DNA from: Trichosphaerium sp. ATCC 40318
Lineage: Eukaryota; Protista; Tubulinea
Direction of reading: 5' to 3'
Assembly: GCA_038496445.1 (NCBI GenBank)
Contig: JALMLS010000204.1
Span: 368,513-432,512 of the forward strand
Length of the DNA stretch: 64,000 nucleotides
The position numbers and the translations under genes are program-made. Shown here one piece after another: positions 39,501-52,338 of the stretch. How positions within the stretch are numbered: position 1 is the first letter of the stretch; every line of letters starts with the position of its first letter. The notes beneath the pieces were generated by a model. The model saw only the letters and a program-made list of their open reading frames with translations, ran no database searches and was not told where the DNA came from.

Positions 39501-41300
39501 GGATTATTTACCTTGTCATCCACCAAAAATTGTCTGAGAGTACCCACAAATTTTTTTAACGTATGTATAACGCCAGTAAACGCGTCTTGAAGCCTTTGGA
39601 GCTTTTTTTCATTATCCGAGAAATGAATGTCCAGATTAACAAAAATAACACTAACAGTGCGTATTTCAGCAAGATACTTCATGCTTTGAGCTAGTAAAAG
39701 TAGTCAGATACTTCAAACAACCGCCAAAAACGACTTTTTAAAAAAAAGAAGCGTCAAAACACCGCACCTTCTTCCAAACGATCTCTGACTGGCTTTGGTA
39801 GATAAGGCATGACTAATTTTGAAATATTCTGAGTGTACGAAAATTGTCCGCTGTCACCAGGTGGCACAAGTCTTTTATCAGTCCGTACACCTTCATACAT
39901 GTTAAGAAAACAGCATGAAATCTAAAAATGTACCAACTAGCTGTTTAGGATCATCTTTAATTAGCTTAAGCTCCTCTGTTACAGCTATATGGTGTTAATA
40001 CGATAAACTACGCATAAACGGACAAAATTGTCACTTGTAGAAAGGTAGGAAAACCAGAAAACTAATCTGATCCGGAGTTACGTACCAATATAATGCCGCT
40101 TGCCCAAAAACCGAACTTGCTCTCTCTTGCGCTTACTCCAGGACGAATATTTACTACTGTCAAGAAAAGCAGGACGAGCAACTAGTATGAGCTCTTTTAC
40201 GTATAAATGGGCTTCTTTTGATATAAATATTTGTCCAGGCTTTGCCAGGCCTTCACATTTAGATACCTAAAGAGGTATTTAAGCATTTTTTCTGAAAAAA
40301 CCAAAAAATAATAATTTTCCATTTTGCTACAAAATTTTCCATAATTATCGCGTCGTCGGAGTAATGGGTTAAAAATACGAACCTGAACCATCGGGTCTCC
40401 TGTTATTAAATACTCAAGACGTTGGTCTGGAAGTCCAACATGAAGGCCACCTATTTCCCCTGCTCCAATACCCAAGTGAAGCTTAAGGGTGTGCGTGTAG
40501 TTGCTATCTTTGACAACAAAATCGTGAAGGTGTTCCTGTGAAAAATAATCAAAATTAAGAACCTTGTATCTCTCTTTTTTTCACTGTAAAAAAGCTTGTC
40601 GCTACGTAAAAATGGAATGGTACAACATTTTAGTGCTTGAGCTTATAAAATAGATGGAGTAATTGTTTTTATGGTGTATAGACTTTGAATGGACTAACCT
40701 GCATCTCTAGTGCGCATTGGCAACATAGCATTACACTTTCTACGAGTTTTTCGCTCTTTTCTGAGGCTTGTTAGTTTTTTTTTAGACGGACCAATGTAAA
40801 AAGCCTTACCAGGCGCGTCTGTTGTCCATATAGCTATGATGGCGTCTCCAGCGAACTTTATAATGTCGCCGTTGTACTTATGGACGTATCCTATAAATTG
40901 TTAACAATGCATCAATAACCTCGTATCAGCTTTGCATACGTATAAGCTCTCCAAAGTACAAGTTTAAATGCTGGCTCATTTCTTCAATGCCTTTTGACCC
41001 CAACTTTGCCATGCGCTCTGTTAGCGCTGTAAAGCCTTTCAAAGCGGTTAAGAATTGAAAAAGCGAAATTACAGTTTATAGCAACGAACCCGAAATATCC
41101 GCCAGCATAACTGCTGCGGTGGTGGTCTCCAGTTGAGGGGAGTTTATTACGTCTTTGGTGCGTAGGTATTTCGATATCAAGTGCCTTGGAACATAGCTTT
41201 GCATAGTCTTAAATATCTTCTTATCTGATAGCGCTTGGGACCGGCGTTTGTTCTTTTTACTGCTTTTATTGCCCCATGTTGTAGGTTTATTTTCGGACAT
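33593..41300 (-). CDS. Soluble class III nucleotidyl cyclase with STAND P-loop and TPR-like region (sAC/ADCY10, Dictyostelium SgcA family)
   Basis: C1 LADISGFTAL...GDIIKFAGDA; C2 RQFLVDDKG...AHEDDP...REYAMVGDIVNLSARLM...VKGK; Walker A EGEAGIGKT; VILDNIQWMD; GCNPL. Confidence 0.92.
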
Positions 41301-41681
41301 GACTGCCAAATGCCTCAACGGCAACTGTTCGTGCTAGCTGATCACGATGTGCGGTTTATTTTGTAAAAAAATACAACAAAAAAAATAAAAGTTGGTCAAA
41401 CTAAAAGGCAGTTTTCAGTTCAGAGGTTCAACATATCCTTTTATTCCTTGTTGAATTCTTAACGTTGCAAGGAGAATTAGGTTTACAGAAAACAAAACTA
41501 TCAACAGATTACAAGTAGTTGCAAGAAGAATTTTGTTTATATGTGATCCTTGCCTTTACAATTTGGTGAACTAATGCCAATGATGACGTGGTGATGTCCA
41601 CGACTACGCCATGACGCTTGCTTAACACTTTATTGAAAGGCTTCAATGAAATTTAACACTGAGAAGTAAAAGTCTACACAA

Positions 41682-44282
41682 ATGGAACCACGAGCACCTC
41701 CACCTGGCTTTGGTGCGGTAAATCCACCACCTGGGTTCGGTGTAGCGAGCAGAGGACCTCCACCAGGCTTTGGTGACGCGTCTCAAAATGTTTCTGATCC
41801 CTCAAGCAAGAAAGCAACCCCCAGCCAAAAGAATACCACACCAGAGCGTAAAGAACGACCACAAAATCTACCTACCCCTCAAAGGGATGTAAAGCGTGGT
41901 AAGAACAACCAAGGTAGACGAGGAAACAATAGACAAAGGGGAGACAGGAATAGAAATGAAAACAAACAAAGAGGAGGTAAAAACAACAATAAAGGTACCA
42001 GGAACAACAATAGAAAACAAACGAAGACCCAGGTACTTTAAAACAAATTTATTTTATTCGTAATTGCGCTCTAACAATGAAAAAACAGCGTCAAAACCAG
42101 CGCAGTCCCTCTAAACAGAAGAATTACCTCCCAAAGAAAAATACACAGCAAAACAATACTCCTCCAAAAGAAACCTTTGATCTACAACCAGAGATGGAAC
42201 CAGAACAAAATCCATTCTCAGCTGAGAGCGCTGATGGCGTAATGTGTATCATTTGCTGCGATGTTATTAAATACTTTCCTCTGGGAGAGTGTAATCACAC
42301 TGGTATTTGCCTGGAATGCTCTATACGGTTACGTGTATTATTCAAGAACAACAAATGCAGTTTCTGTAACGCAGTAATGAATGACGTGGTCATAACGCCA
42401 AACAGCGAGAAAAAATTCCAAGACTTTAACCTTAAAACATTACCTCGAGATACGCGGTCAGGAACATACTACGAGAACGAGGATACACTTATGGCTATAA
42501 GAGAGCTTTGGCGATTTAATTGCCAGAAATGTAAATCTCACTTTCCAAAGCTTGGACAATTGAAACAACATACACGACAAGAGCATCACATGAATTATTG
42601 CAACCTTTGTCTGAAGCACAAAAATGTTTTTATGAAAGAGCAAGTACTCTACACAGCAAGCGAACTACGCGCTCATCTATCCAAGACTGGTGATCATCCT
42701 TATTGCGAGTTTTGTCGTCAACAGTATTACGATTCTGATATGTTATTCAAACATTTTAGAGAAGTTCACTACACATGCTTTTTATGCGAAAAAAGAGGTA
42801 ACCAAGCGTCAATGAAACATTTTTAAGAAAATGGATTTTTTTTGTTAATCGAAAAACTCTGCTCACCTTCTTTTGTTGTTTCTCAGGTATTCAATTCCAG
42901 TACTTTAATAACTACCAACACTTGGAGAGCCATTATGATCGCTGTCACTTTTTTTGTCATGATGCTACATGTACGTTGTACTTCTTTTGATTTCTTTGAA
43001 GTGTAGTTGTTATTTATTTTCTTTTGCAGGTCGTAAAAAACGATTTGTTGTATTCGAATCAAAGAATGAACTTCAAGCCCATGAAGTAAAAGAACATTTA
43101 AGCAAAAGTGGTTTGTCACGTAGCGAGCTTCGTTCACGTCGTGTTCTTGATGTACGCACCCTTTTTGTTAACTGCATGACCACTTACTTCCTGCGTACAG
43201 ATAAACTTCACGTTCAGTGGAAACACGCAATTCCGTCCTGATGAACGAGACCCAATGAGAGACGAGCCAACGAGCAATTCACCTATAACACTGGACAGGT
43301 AATACTCAGGCTAAACGAAGTAACAACCTCTAAAGACAATTTTCTTAGGACATCTGTGAATCTCCTTGCAAACAACCCACAGCTTGCTCCAGCCAATATT
43401 GTAAAATCTACAAATTCATCACCGGTTACCAACAGTACATCAGCGACTAATAGAACGAGAACCAACCTTGTTGGGTTTGGTGCTTCACCTAAAAAGGCTC
43501 CTGCTCCTGCTCTCTCAGTGAGAGATAGGAATAGAAATTTGATGCGCGCTCTTAAAGAGTATCTCGGTAGACCGGAGAGCTTTGCAAACTTTAGGCGCAT
43601 GTCTGGAGAATTTAAGACTGGAGCTATAACACCAAAACAGTACTTTGAAAGGTTTAAGAAGCTTTTTGGTACAAATGCAAAAAGTCAGAAGTTATTCAAA
43701 GAACTCGTTGACTTGCTTCCTGATCAACAAAAAAAGATGGCTCTTATAAAGCTATATCAAGCTACTATTAGAAAAGCACCAGCTAAGCGATCTCCAAATA
43801 ATGGTACACTCTATAAAGACAAAACTTTTTCTGGGTTTTTTTTTAACTTCTTGTTCCCTTTAGGCCGTGCACCTAAAGCTCCTGTACCTTCAAGCTCCCG
43901 CCCACTAACAACTAAAAACTATGGAGATTTGCTTCGACCAAAAGGCAACCTAGGAAGCCAAAGTACGTGATTATAAACAACTGGTTTTAAAAAACCACAA
44001 CGTTAACATTTTTTTTTTCCTACAGACTTTCCAACTTTGGCGCCTCCAAAACAACCAAAGCGAGCAGTTCCAAAACGATCTATGGGAATGCCTAAAGGAA
44101 ACTGGGGAGCCAGTACGTTGTTTTCAAGTTGACAAATTGTATTTGAAGCTTATGGTTTAATTTTAGGTCGTAATGCTGCTCATCGCTTGAATGTTAGTGC
44201 TCAACCTGCCAGAACGAATATACCACAACGAAAAAAGAACAAAGGAGGAAGAAATACAAGAACAGTTTTTTCTTTTGGTTAA
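41682..44282 (+). CDS. ZNF598: E3 ubiquitin ligase Hel2/ZNF598 (ribosome quality control)
   Basis: RING CIICC...CNHTGICLECSIRLRVL...CSFC; C2H2 fingers; HPYCEFC; FVVFESKNELQAH; C-terminal helical domain. Confidence 0.9.
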
Positions 44283-44467
44283 AAAAAAATGCACCTTCTT
44301 TTTTATGTTTATTTTTATTATAAAGGAGTAGTACAATAAATGACATGGCCAATACGCTGTTAAAATCAAATGACAAGTCATCTTATTATTGTTAGTTTTC
44401 TAGAAGGTAGTAATGTCCTTGTCATTTTTGGGTTCCACAGTTTGAGGTTTTTTCTTTGATGTGGTAT

Positions 44468-45094
44468 TTATTGCTTCAATTGCATGACATCCTTGATGCG
44501 TAGTACAGTGTATGGCGGTCTGTCACCTTTTGTGCGCTTATAGCCTTTTCGCCGTTTCTTTTTGAAAATAACAATCTTTTCCGTCTTTGAGTGCTCTTCA
44601 ACTACTGCGTGGACCTATAATGTGGTAAATGGAAATGCTTGGGCAATGTTTAAATGTCAAATGGCTAATAATCGCTGTTATTTATGCTCCAAGTCAGTAT
44701 TTAGCGAATTAGTGCATACCCGCATGTTTTCTAGCATAGGTTTACCAATGTAAGTTTTAGACTTTGTTCCAACCATCAACACCTTGTCGAGGATGATTTC
44801 AGACTGTATTGGACAATCAATACCGTGTATCATAAGTTCATCGTTTGCTGTAACTTTATGTTGAAAGCCAGATACGTGTATGACCGCAAAAGAGTCTTGT
44901 ATTGGTTCTAAATCCTGCAATTTAACAAGCATTTTTTCTTGAGGAATATCTGGTATTTTAGTGTATACTGGTGCAGCGGGTGCTTTGTCAACTGCGTTTT
45001 GCGTCGAAGCAGTTGTTTGGTAGCGAGTTACAAGCCGACTCCTTGTTCTTGGCGCATTTACGCGGCATACGCTCGCTCTGGCGCGTAGGAACAT
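44468..45094 (-). CDS. MRPL21: Mitochondrial ribosomal protein bL21m
   Basis: Arg-rich presequence; FAVIHVSGFQHKVT, LDKVLMVG, IGKP, KIVIFKKKRRKGYKRTKG. Confidence 0.92.
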
Positions 45095-45173
45095 TGTTGG
45101 TAGCGAAGCGAATAAAAACTGAGAAGAACGGAGACCAGCTCCCACCCATTTTTAAACGCGGTGGACCACAACC
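45095..45173. promoter_or_regulatory. Putative 79-bp bidirectional promoter between bL21m and uL2m
   Basis: Divergent ATGs at 45094 and 45174; contains CCACC-N13-GGTGG around TTTTTAAA. Confidence 0.55.
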
Positions 45174-46761
45174 ATGCTTACTGTAAGGGCTCTGCGGTGT
45201 AACCATCGTGTTGCTTTAGCACAACCAGCAACTAATGTGCGCTTCACACCTTTATTACTATTTAATCGATTATTAGGCTGTCACAAGGCAGTACGCAATG
45301 GAGCTTATGGAAAAGAAGGCAACTAAAAAACTTGATATCCCAGATGTATGCCAACAGTGCAATTTAGCGTAAAACTTACCCATCTAGACCTTACGTAAAT
45401 TAAAACCAAGAACAAACGGTACTAGACATACAATCCTACCAACGTTCGAAGGACTATACAGAGGAAGGCCTGAGCAAACGCTCTTACGCCGTAGCAGAAA
45501 AACAGGCGGTAGAGGCAATAATGTATGCAATGATCAATTATATTCTTGCTTACAATGGCACTAGGGCCGCTTACTCGTTAGGGGTATAGGTGGTGGTACA
45601 ATGCACCATTACAGATTGGTAAATTTCAACAGAGCTAATAAACAAGAAGTGAGTTTCTCTTTCTCTCACGCACTGCTTTCTTACACGTTAAAGGTTGCCA
45701 TTGTAGAACGTTTAGAATACGACCCAAACCGTAGCGCAAACATCGCTTTCCTTCGTTACATAGACGCTGAGCCTTCATATATTATTGCGCCAGAGGGTCT
45801 CAAGGTACCATTTTCCCTACAAATAGAAGCTTAAGTAAAGAAGCTCATTGCGTGTCAAATACAAATAATGAAAAAAGGAATAATGATGTTGTCAAAACTC
45901 TAATGGTTTGCGTTAGGATGGTGATAAAGTAATTTCAGGACCTGGCATGCCTCCTCTTGTTGGTAATAGTATGCCTATAAAAGATATTCCAAAAGACACA
46001 GAAGTCCACAATGTTGAACTTAAGCCTGGTAAAGGCGGTCAGGTATGCAAATTTTTTTGTTGTTGTCTTTTTTTTGACACGATTTTTGTTTAGGTTTGCC
46101 GATCCGCGGGTAGTTCTGCAAGAATTGTAAATCATGATGATAAAACAAATATGACCACACTTATTATGCCTTCGAATGAAGTGCGACTTATTTCTAGTGA
46201 TTGCTGGGCGACTGTAGGCGCTGTTGGTATGATTTATCTTCGATGTTTTAATTTTCTTTTAACTAATGTTCTCGCAAGGTAATAAGGATTACAAGGGTAT
46301 AAATTTGGGTAAAGCAGGTCGTGCCCGTTGGCTAGGTAGAAGACCAAAAGTAAGAGGTGTAGCTATGAATCCTATTGATCACCCTATGGGAGGTACGTTG
46401 TAGCTTCGTATTCTTACTTTTTTTATGTTTTCTGACTTTATGTTCTTTAGGTGGTGAAGGTGCCAAAAAGGGTGGTAGGCCATCAGTGTCTCCATGGTCT
46501 AAACCTACAAAGGGAGGATTTAAGACAAGAAACAAGAGTAAGCTAAGTACAAAATACATCCTTCAAGCTCGTCAAGCCAAGCGCAATACTTCTGTAAGAA
46601 CAGAATCAATGGAAGAAATGAAGAAATTACGCGCAGAGAAGCTTGCTTATTCTATGAAGAGAAAACAAGAACAAGAACAAAGGCAAAAGGAAGAAGACTT
46701 GGCAAGAGGTCGGGGAAAGAAACACAGCAAGAAAAAAGGAGCAAAAGAAGACGAAGAATAA
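45174..46761 (+). CDS. MRPL2: Mitochondrial ribosomal protein uL2m
   Basis: [74 protein letters not shown]; presequence; about 7 introns. Confidence 0.95.
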
Positions 46762-47062
46762 ACCTTGAATATACTTTTTTTTCTCAATCTTTTTTTTTTT
46801 GTACTTGTTTTTCAAGAAATTAACAGAGTATTTTCTTGAGTTGTTCTTTTTGCACTACAATCTCTTTCGTAACCCTTACTTTCGTAGCACTTTTTGTTTG
46901 AGAAGTTTCTTGATTCTTCTCTTGTTTATTTTGGTACACGTAGTTTACTCTGTGACACGTGCCCGTAACCGAATCGACAATGTCAAAAAAAGCCAAAATT
47001 ACTTTTTTTCGTACTAAATTTATTATCACGAAAAGTCGCTCTGAGTATTTTTATTGCATACT

Positions 47063-49907
47063 ATGAGTAAAACAATATCTCCTATGATTGCTTACAAGCA
47101 CTCCCGTACGTTGTACTAGTGTCAAAAATAGCATTCTCGTTTGTTTTGCTTGTTTTAATTCTCTCAAACTCATTTATTTAGAAAATGGCATCGCACACGT
47201 AGTAAGCGATTGTTGGGCTGTACTTAGCTTATACCAACACTAATTTTAGGCTCCTTCTGTAGTCAAAATATATACAACAAAACAACACCCTAACTACGCA
47301 ATACCATGGCAAACACACGCAGTTGGCGTATCGACAGGTTACAATTGGTTTTATTTTGAAAACTTTATTTTTCGAAAACAAACAATTTCTGAAGTAGTTT
47401 TTTTAGGTTCGGGCGCTGTACTACATGGTGGCCTTATACTGACAGCAGCGCACGTTGTCTGTGATCAAACATACGTTCAAATTCAAAAAACAGATGATCC
47501 AGCTAAAGAACCAGCCGTGGTGTATGCTGTATGCCACGACTGTGATTTGGCACTTATTAAACCCAAAAATCCAAAATTTCTAGAAGGCGCGTTATTGATG
47601 CTCAACGTTTTAGTGCTAACAGGCTCTAGGCGTTAAACCTATTTCTATTGGTAAAATGCCAGCACTAAGAGACAAAGTTTATGTTTGTGGGTTTCCTATC
47701 GGTGGTGAAGAGGTAAGTACAACAAGCCAACAACCAAACAAACAAACAGTCAAGATTGTTTTTTAATACAATTTTATCTTTTTCGACATCTGCAAAAAAT
47801 TGATGCTATTTTGCCGACATTTATTTATATCGGCTGTACCACGTACATATCCTTTTTGCTAAATTAGCTCTTTTTTTGTTGTCTAGATCTCTATAACAGA
47901 AGGTGTTGTTTCACGTATTGAGTTACAATCTTATACTCATTCACAAGTACGTTAGAAAAAAAAAACTGAAAAACGGTTTTTTTCTGAATTGTATTTGTCC
48001 GGAATTATTAAGATTTTTTGGAACGTTTATAAAGCAACAGATTTGACTCATATTTGTAGAGAACCTTACTATCAGCTACGGTTGACGCTGCTATAAATTC
48101 CGGTAATTCTGGTACGACACAAGAGTAGTGAAGCGCTAGTGTTTACTTTTTTCGTTTATTTCAGGTGGACCTGTTTTATCTCATAGTAATGAGCTTGTTG
48201 GTACGTTTTCTTACTTTATTTCTCGTTTTCTATTTGTTACGCGCGATCAAAAAAAAAAAACCGGTTTTACAAATATAGGTTGCATTAATACCCTTTGTTG
48301 TATTACGAAGTGTATTTTTGATTTTAAAACGCGTATAAAAACGAGAAAAAACGCGCGTTAATAATAGTGGCTACGCGAGAAAAACCTACGCGTAGTTCCT
48401 TCTGCAATTGCAGATTACTAAAAGCTTAATTAATACTTATAACTCCAAGGTATTGCATTTCAGTCGCTAGTTGACGCCGAAAATATGGGATACGTAATAC
48501 CACCAAACGTTGTAAACCACTTTGTAAATGGGAGAAAACAATATGGAGACGCGTATCAAGGCTTTCCAGGTACTTATAATCATAAACGACAAAAAAAGCA
48601 TTAGAAACTAAAAGCGTTGTTTTTGTAGATCTAGGTATTCGCGCTCAGGATCTAGCTAATCCAACGCTTCAGAGATATCTTAAAATGGGTAACAGAACAG
48701 GTGTTTATATTTCTCAAGTATTTAAAAAGAACTCTAGTGATGGCGTTCTACGCGTAGGTATGGCTACTACAGGGTTTAGATTGTTTTTTTTTCTCTTACA
48801 CCTATTATTGGCTTTCGATTGATTTTTTGATTAAACGCCTTGTAGGTGATGTTATGGTTGAGCTTGGTGGTTTTAAAGTAGCTAATAATGGTACTGTTAC
48901 TCTATACGATAATATCCGTACAAATTGCTTGGCTGTAGTACATAATTACAATGTTGGTACGTACCATCTTTTTTTTTTTTTTGTCTTTTTTTTTTTTTTC
49001 TTGGAGATTTCTTTATCGTGAGCCCCGAAAAACTTTGATTTTTTGGCATCTAACCTTTTTTAGGTGATACTATAAAGGCATCAGTTATACGTGATGGAAA
49101 GGAGATTGAGGTAGATATTAAACTAAAGCCTTTATTGGATCTTGTATCTCTTCATCAATATGATAAGATGGTTGATTTTTTCGTATATTGTGGTCTTGTT
49201 TTCCAAACTTTGTCTATGGATTTTTTACAACAGGTTTATACTAAAGACTTTGAAAGAAAAGCTCCTGCAGAGCTTGTATATTTATTTAATCTTGGAAGAA
49301 GACCTGAAACAGATAGGAACCGTGTAGTAGTGTTAAACATGGTTTTAGTTGATGATATAAATATAGGTATTGTTTTTTTTTTTCTGATAAGTTTCTTCTT
49401 TTCTTCTTCTACTGTACGGTATTCTGGTTGACGTTTTTTGGTTTTTTAGGCTATGATAGCTTAGTTGGTAGTATTATATCACATGTAAATGGAAAGAAAA
49501 TAGTGTCTTTAGAAGACCTTGTTAATACAATAGACAACATGTCAAACGATGAAGAATTCATTTCTTTGGTTACATCAATGAATTGTACTGCAGTTCTTCC
49601 TGCACCTCATACTCAGATTGCAAAAACAGCTCATGATCGTATATTGAAGCGGTACCGTGTATCTTCCCCGCGCAGTGTATCATTAATGACAGAGGTATGC
49701 GTTAAAGTCTGTTATGTCACCAAGAACGGAAAATCATACGCTGCAAATGCTAACATGTTTGACATAATTTGGGTCGATATTTTCCGTCCTTGGCGTACTC
49801 TCTTTGACCAGAAACGGGTTGATTTAGTGTGATTAATGTTATTGTAGGCTTTTAAAAAGAAGTTTTTGAAAAAAGATGGTGATACAAAAGAAACAAATAC
49901 TGATTAA
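47063..49907 (+). CDS. HtrA/Deg serine protease with PDZ domains (plant Deg2/Deg9-like)
   Basis: [46 protein letters not shown] catalytic motifs; [10 protein letters not shown]. Confidence 0.92.
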
Positions 49908-50312
49908 AAAAAACCATCTTTGCACACCAACCAAGGATCAAAAAAATGCTTCATGATAAACAGATGCAATGCAATGATTCAACTTAAATTTTTTTTGATG
50001 TGAGAGATGATGAAACCAATCAAAGGGACAATAGTGTTAAACTAGTAATTAATCGTACTGTAAATTGTAAAAACAAAGTAAAGTATTTATTATTTTGCTT
50101 CGTGTCGTCCGTATCAGACCTTGTTGAAGCTATTGGAACTATGGTTTACATACTAATCCGTAAGGTTTCTATCTTCGCCATTTGCTGATAGTTTAGCTTC
50201 AGTTAAGGTTAATAAACCAACTCTCTCGGGTGGACAAAAATGTGTACTGTAAGATTGTCACGTGGACAGTACTGTGGAACATAGTTGACAACAGGATTAT
50301 TTTCGCACCCTA

Positions 50313-52338
50313 ATGATGGCCAACAAAGCCTGCTTGGTTATTTTGTTATGGGTAGGTGTCATAGCTGCTCAAGAATTTATTCAAGTGAAAAAAGACGTTA
50401 ATGGTAAATGGTGGTTTGTTCAAGACTCTAAAATGTTTCTCACGTGCGCTAGTTAATACAACAATTACGAATTTCGAGCCGCGGTATTTGTATATTACAC
50501 TAACAACTCGTTTAGAATTGGTGTTAATCACGTGAACAATGGTGGTCCAGACGATGGTGTCGGTTGGTTTTTTTTCTTTTTCAAGTTTTTTTATCTATTT
50601 GCTAATGTTGTCTACGAGGTGGACGCGAGAAATCAGAGTGCCAACCTAAGTACCCACTTTGTGGTGATACTCTCAGTTTTGCTCCAAAATTGGGATACGC
50701 ACCATACTTCAATACGACAATGGTATACGTGCTATTTAGATGAATAAATAACGTACTGTTGTTAAGGCTAGATGGGGTAGTCAAGAAGCATGGGCAAGAG
50801 AATCTGCGACAAGACTCAAATCATGGGGTTTTAAGTATGTTACTATTTTTATTGTTGTTTGATTGGAGATTGATCTTTTTAAGCACTGTTGGTGGATGGA
50901 GCTGTAAGCTTGTGGAAGAACAAGGTTTAATGTATGCGCACTTGTTAGATCTAGGAACAACATGGTACACGTGTTCTAGTTGTTTACATTCTGTGGTGAC
51001 AGTGGCTTAGGCAAAACTCTTCGTATTTGCCAGATCTGTTCTCAAAAGAGGTGAGAACAAGCTCTGTCAGATATTTTATGTTCAAGAAAACCAGGCATAA
51101 ATTTCTCTATGTAGATTGAACAGCAGATGGATACGATTTGCAAGAAAGAAGTGGCACCGAGGAGACTTGACACTAAGTTAATAGGATATCAAACTGACAA
51201 CGAATTAGGCACCTGATTTCTAGCGATAAACAGTTGTTCTTATGTTTGCTTCAGATTGGGGAAAGGATTTCCTGAAACAGTATCTTCTATTTACACAACC
51301 TTCTATTGGACTCAATAAAGTTTTATCATGGTTGGAAGGTCAATACAAAGGCATTTCAGACTTGAATACACAGTGGAATATTACTGCAGATTCATTCCAA
51401 GATGTTTATAAATACCTTGATTCACCATCTTTAAACAAAATTGCTTATGATGTTGCTGTGAAAGGATGGTTGTATGAAGTTGCAAAGCAATATTTCTACT
51501 TGACTTCAACGGTACAGTACATCTTTGCAAAATTAAGTGTTTTTTTCTATCTGTTTTTGTAGTATGTTACTTTTGTTACTTGTACTTTCTTCGAATCAGA
51601 CCTTTGCTGACTTATTTGCTATTGTAGGCTATAAAACGTTATGATACAAATCATCTTATTCTTGGTGTCAGGTTCTATAGTCTTCCTGATGAGGTATGAA
51701 TATAATACTATAGTACATCCGCAACTAATTTTACTTACTTTTTGCTATAAGGTGCTTAAAGCTTTGATTCCATATGTTGATGTTGTGGATCAACACGGGT
51801 ATGAAGATAGTCCTCCAGCGAATTTAGAACACATTCACCAAGTTACTGGAAAACCTGTCTATGTTGGTGAGTCACGTGTCCTATTTCATGGAAGTTATCA
51901 TCCATTCTAACGCTTTTTATAAGGAGAATTTTCGTTCACCGCAGTTGATTCCAACATGCCAAATACTAAGGGTACTATTACCTTTGGTTTATGAGACTAA
52001 AACAAAGTTCAACCTTAAACTAGGAGCACGTGAGGGGCATCCTTATGCGACTCAAACAGAAAGAGCTGCCGGCTATAGAAAATACGTTTCTGAACTTGTT
52101 GTACAAGAATACGTATTAGGATACCATTGGTGGCAATGGGCAGATGAACCGAGCACAGGAAGATGGCCAGATGGCGAAGATTCGAACTACGGTGTAAGCA
52201 CCGAGTAAATATCTTTTTTTTTCTTACTTTTCTTTGTAGGTTGTTTCAATTTGCGACGATCCGTACCAAGTTCTGGTCGCAGAAATGACAAAGATAAACG
52301 AGCAACTGGAATCATGGCATCGCAATGGTCACGTGTGA
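50313..52338 (+). CDS. Secreted clan GH-A glycoside hydrolase resembling GH50 beta-agarases
   Basis: Signal peptide; GKWWFV...IGVNHV; RLKSWGFNTVGGWS; LIGYQTDNEL; KPVYVGEFSF; GYHWWQWADEP..GR..DGEDSNYG. Confidence 0.8.

Noticed and set aside
47713-49847. Hairpin introns as one introner/MITE family or as TPP riboswitches
   Set aside because: No shared sequence or terminal repeats among these introns, and no TPP aptamer consensus seen.
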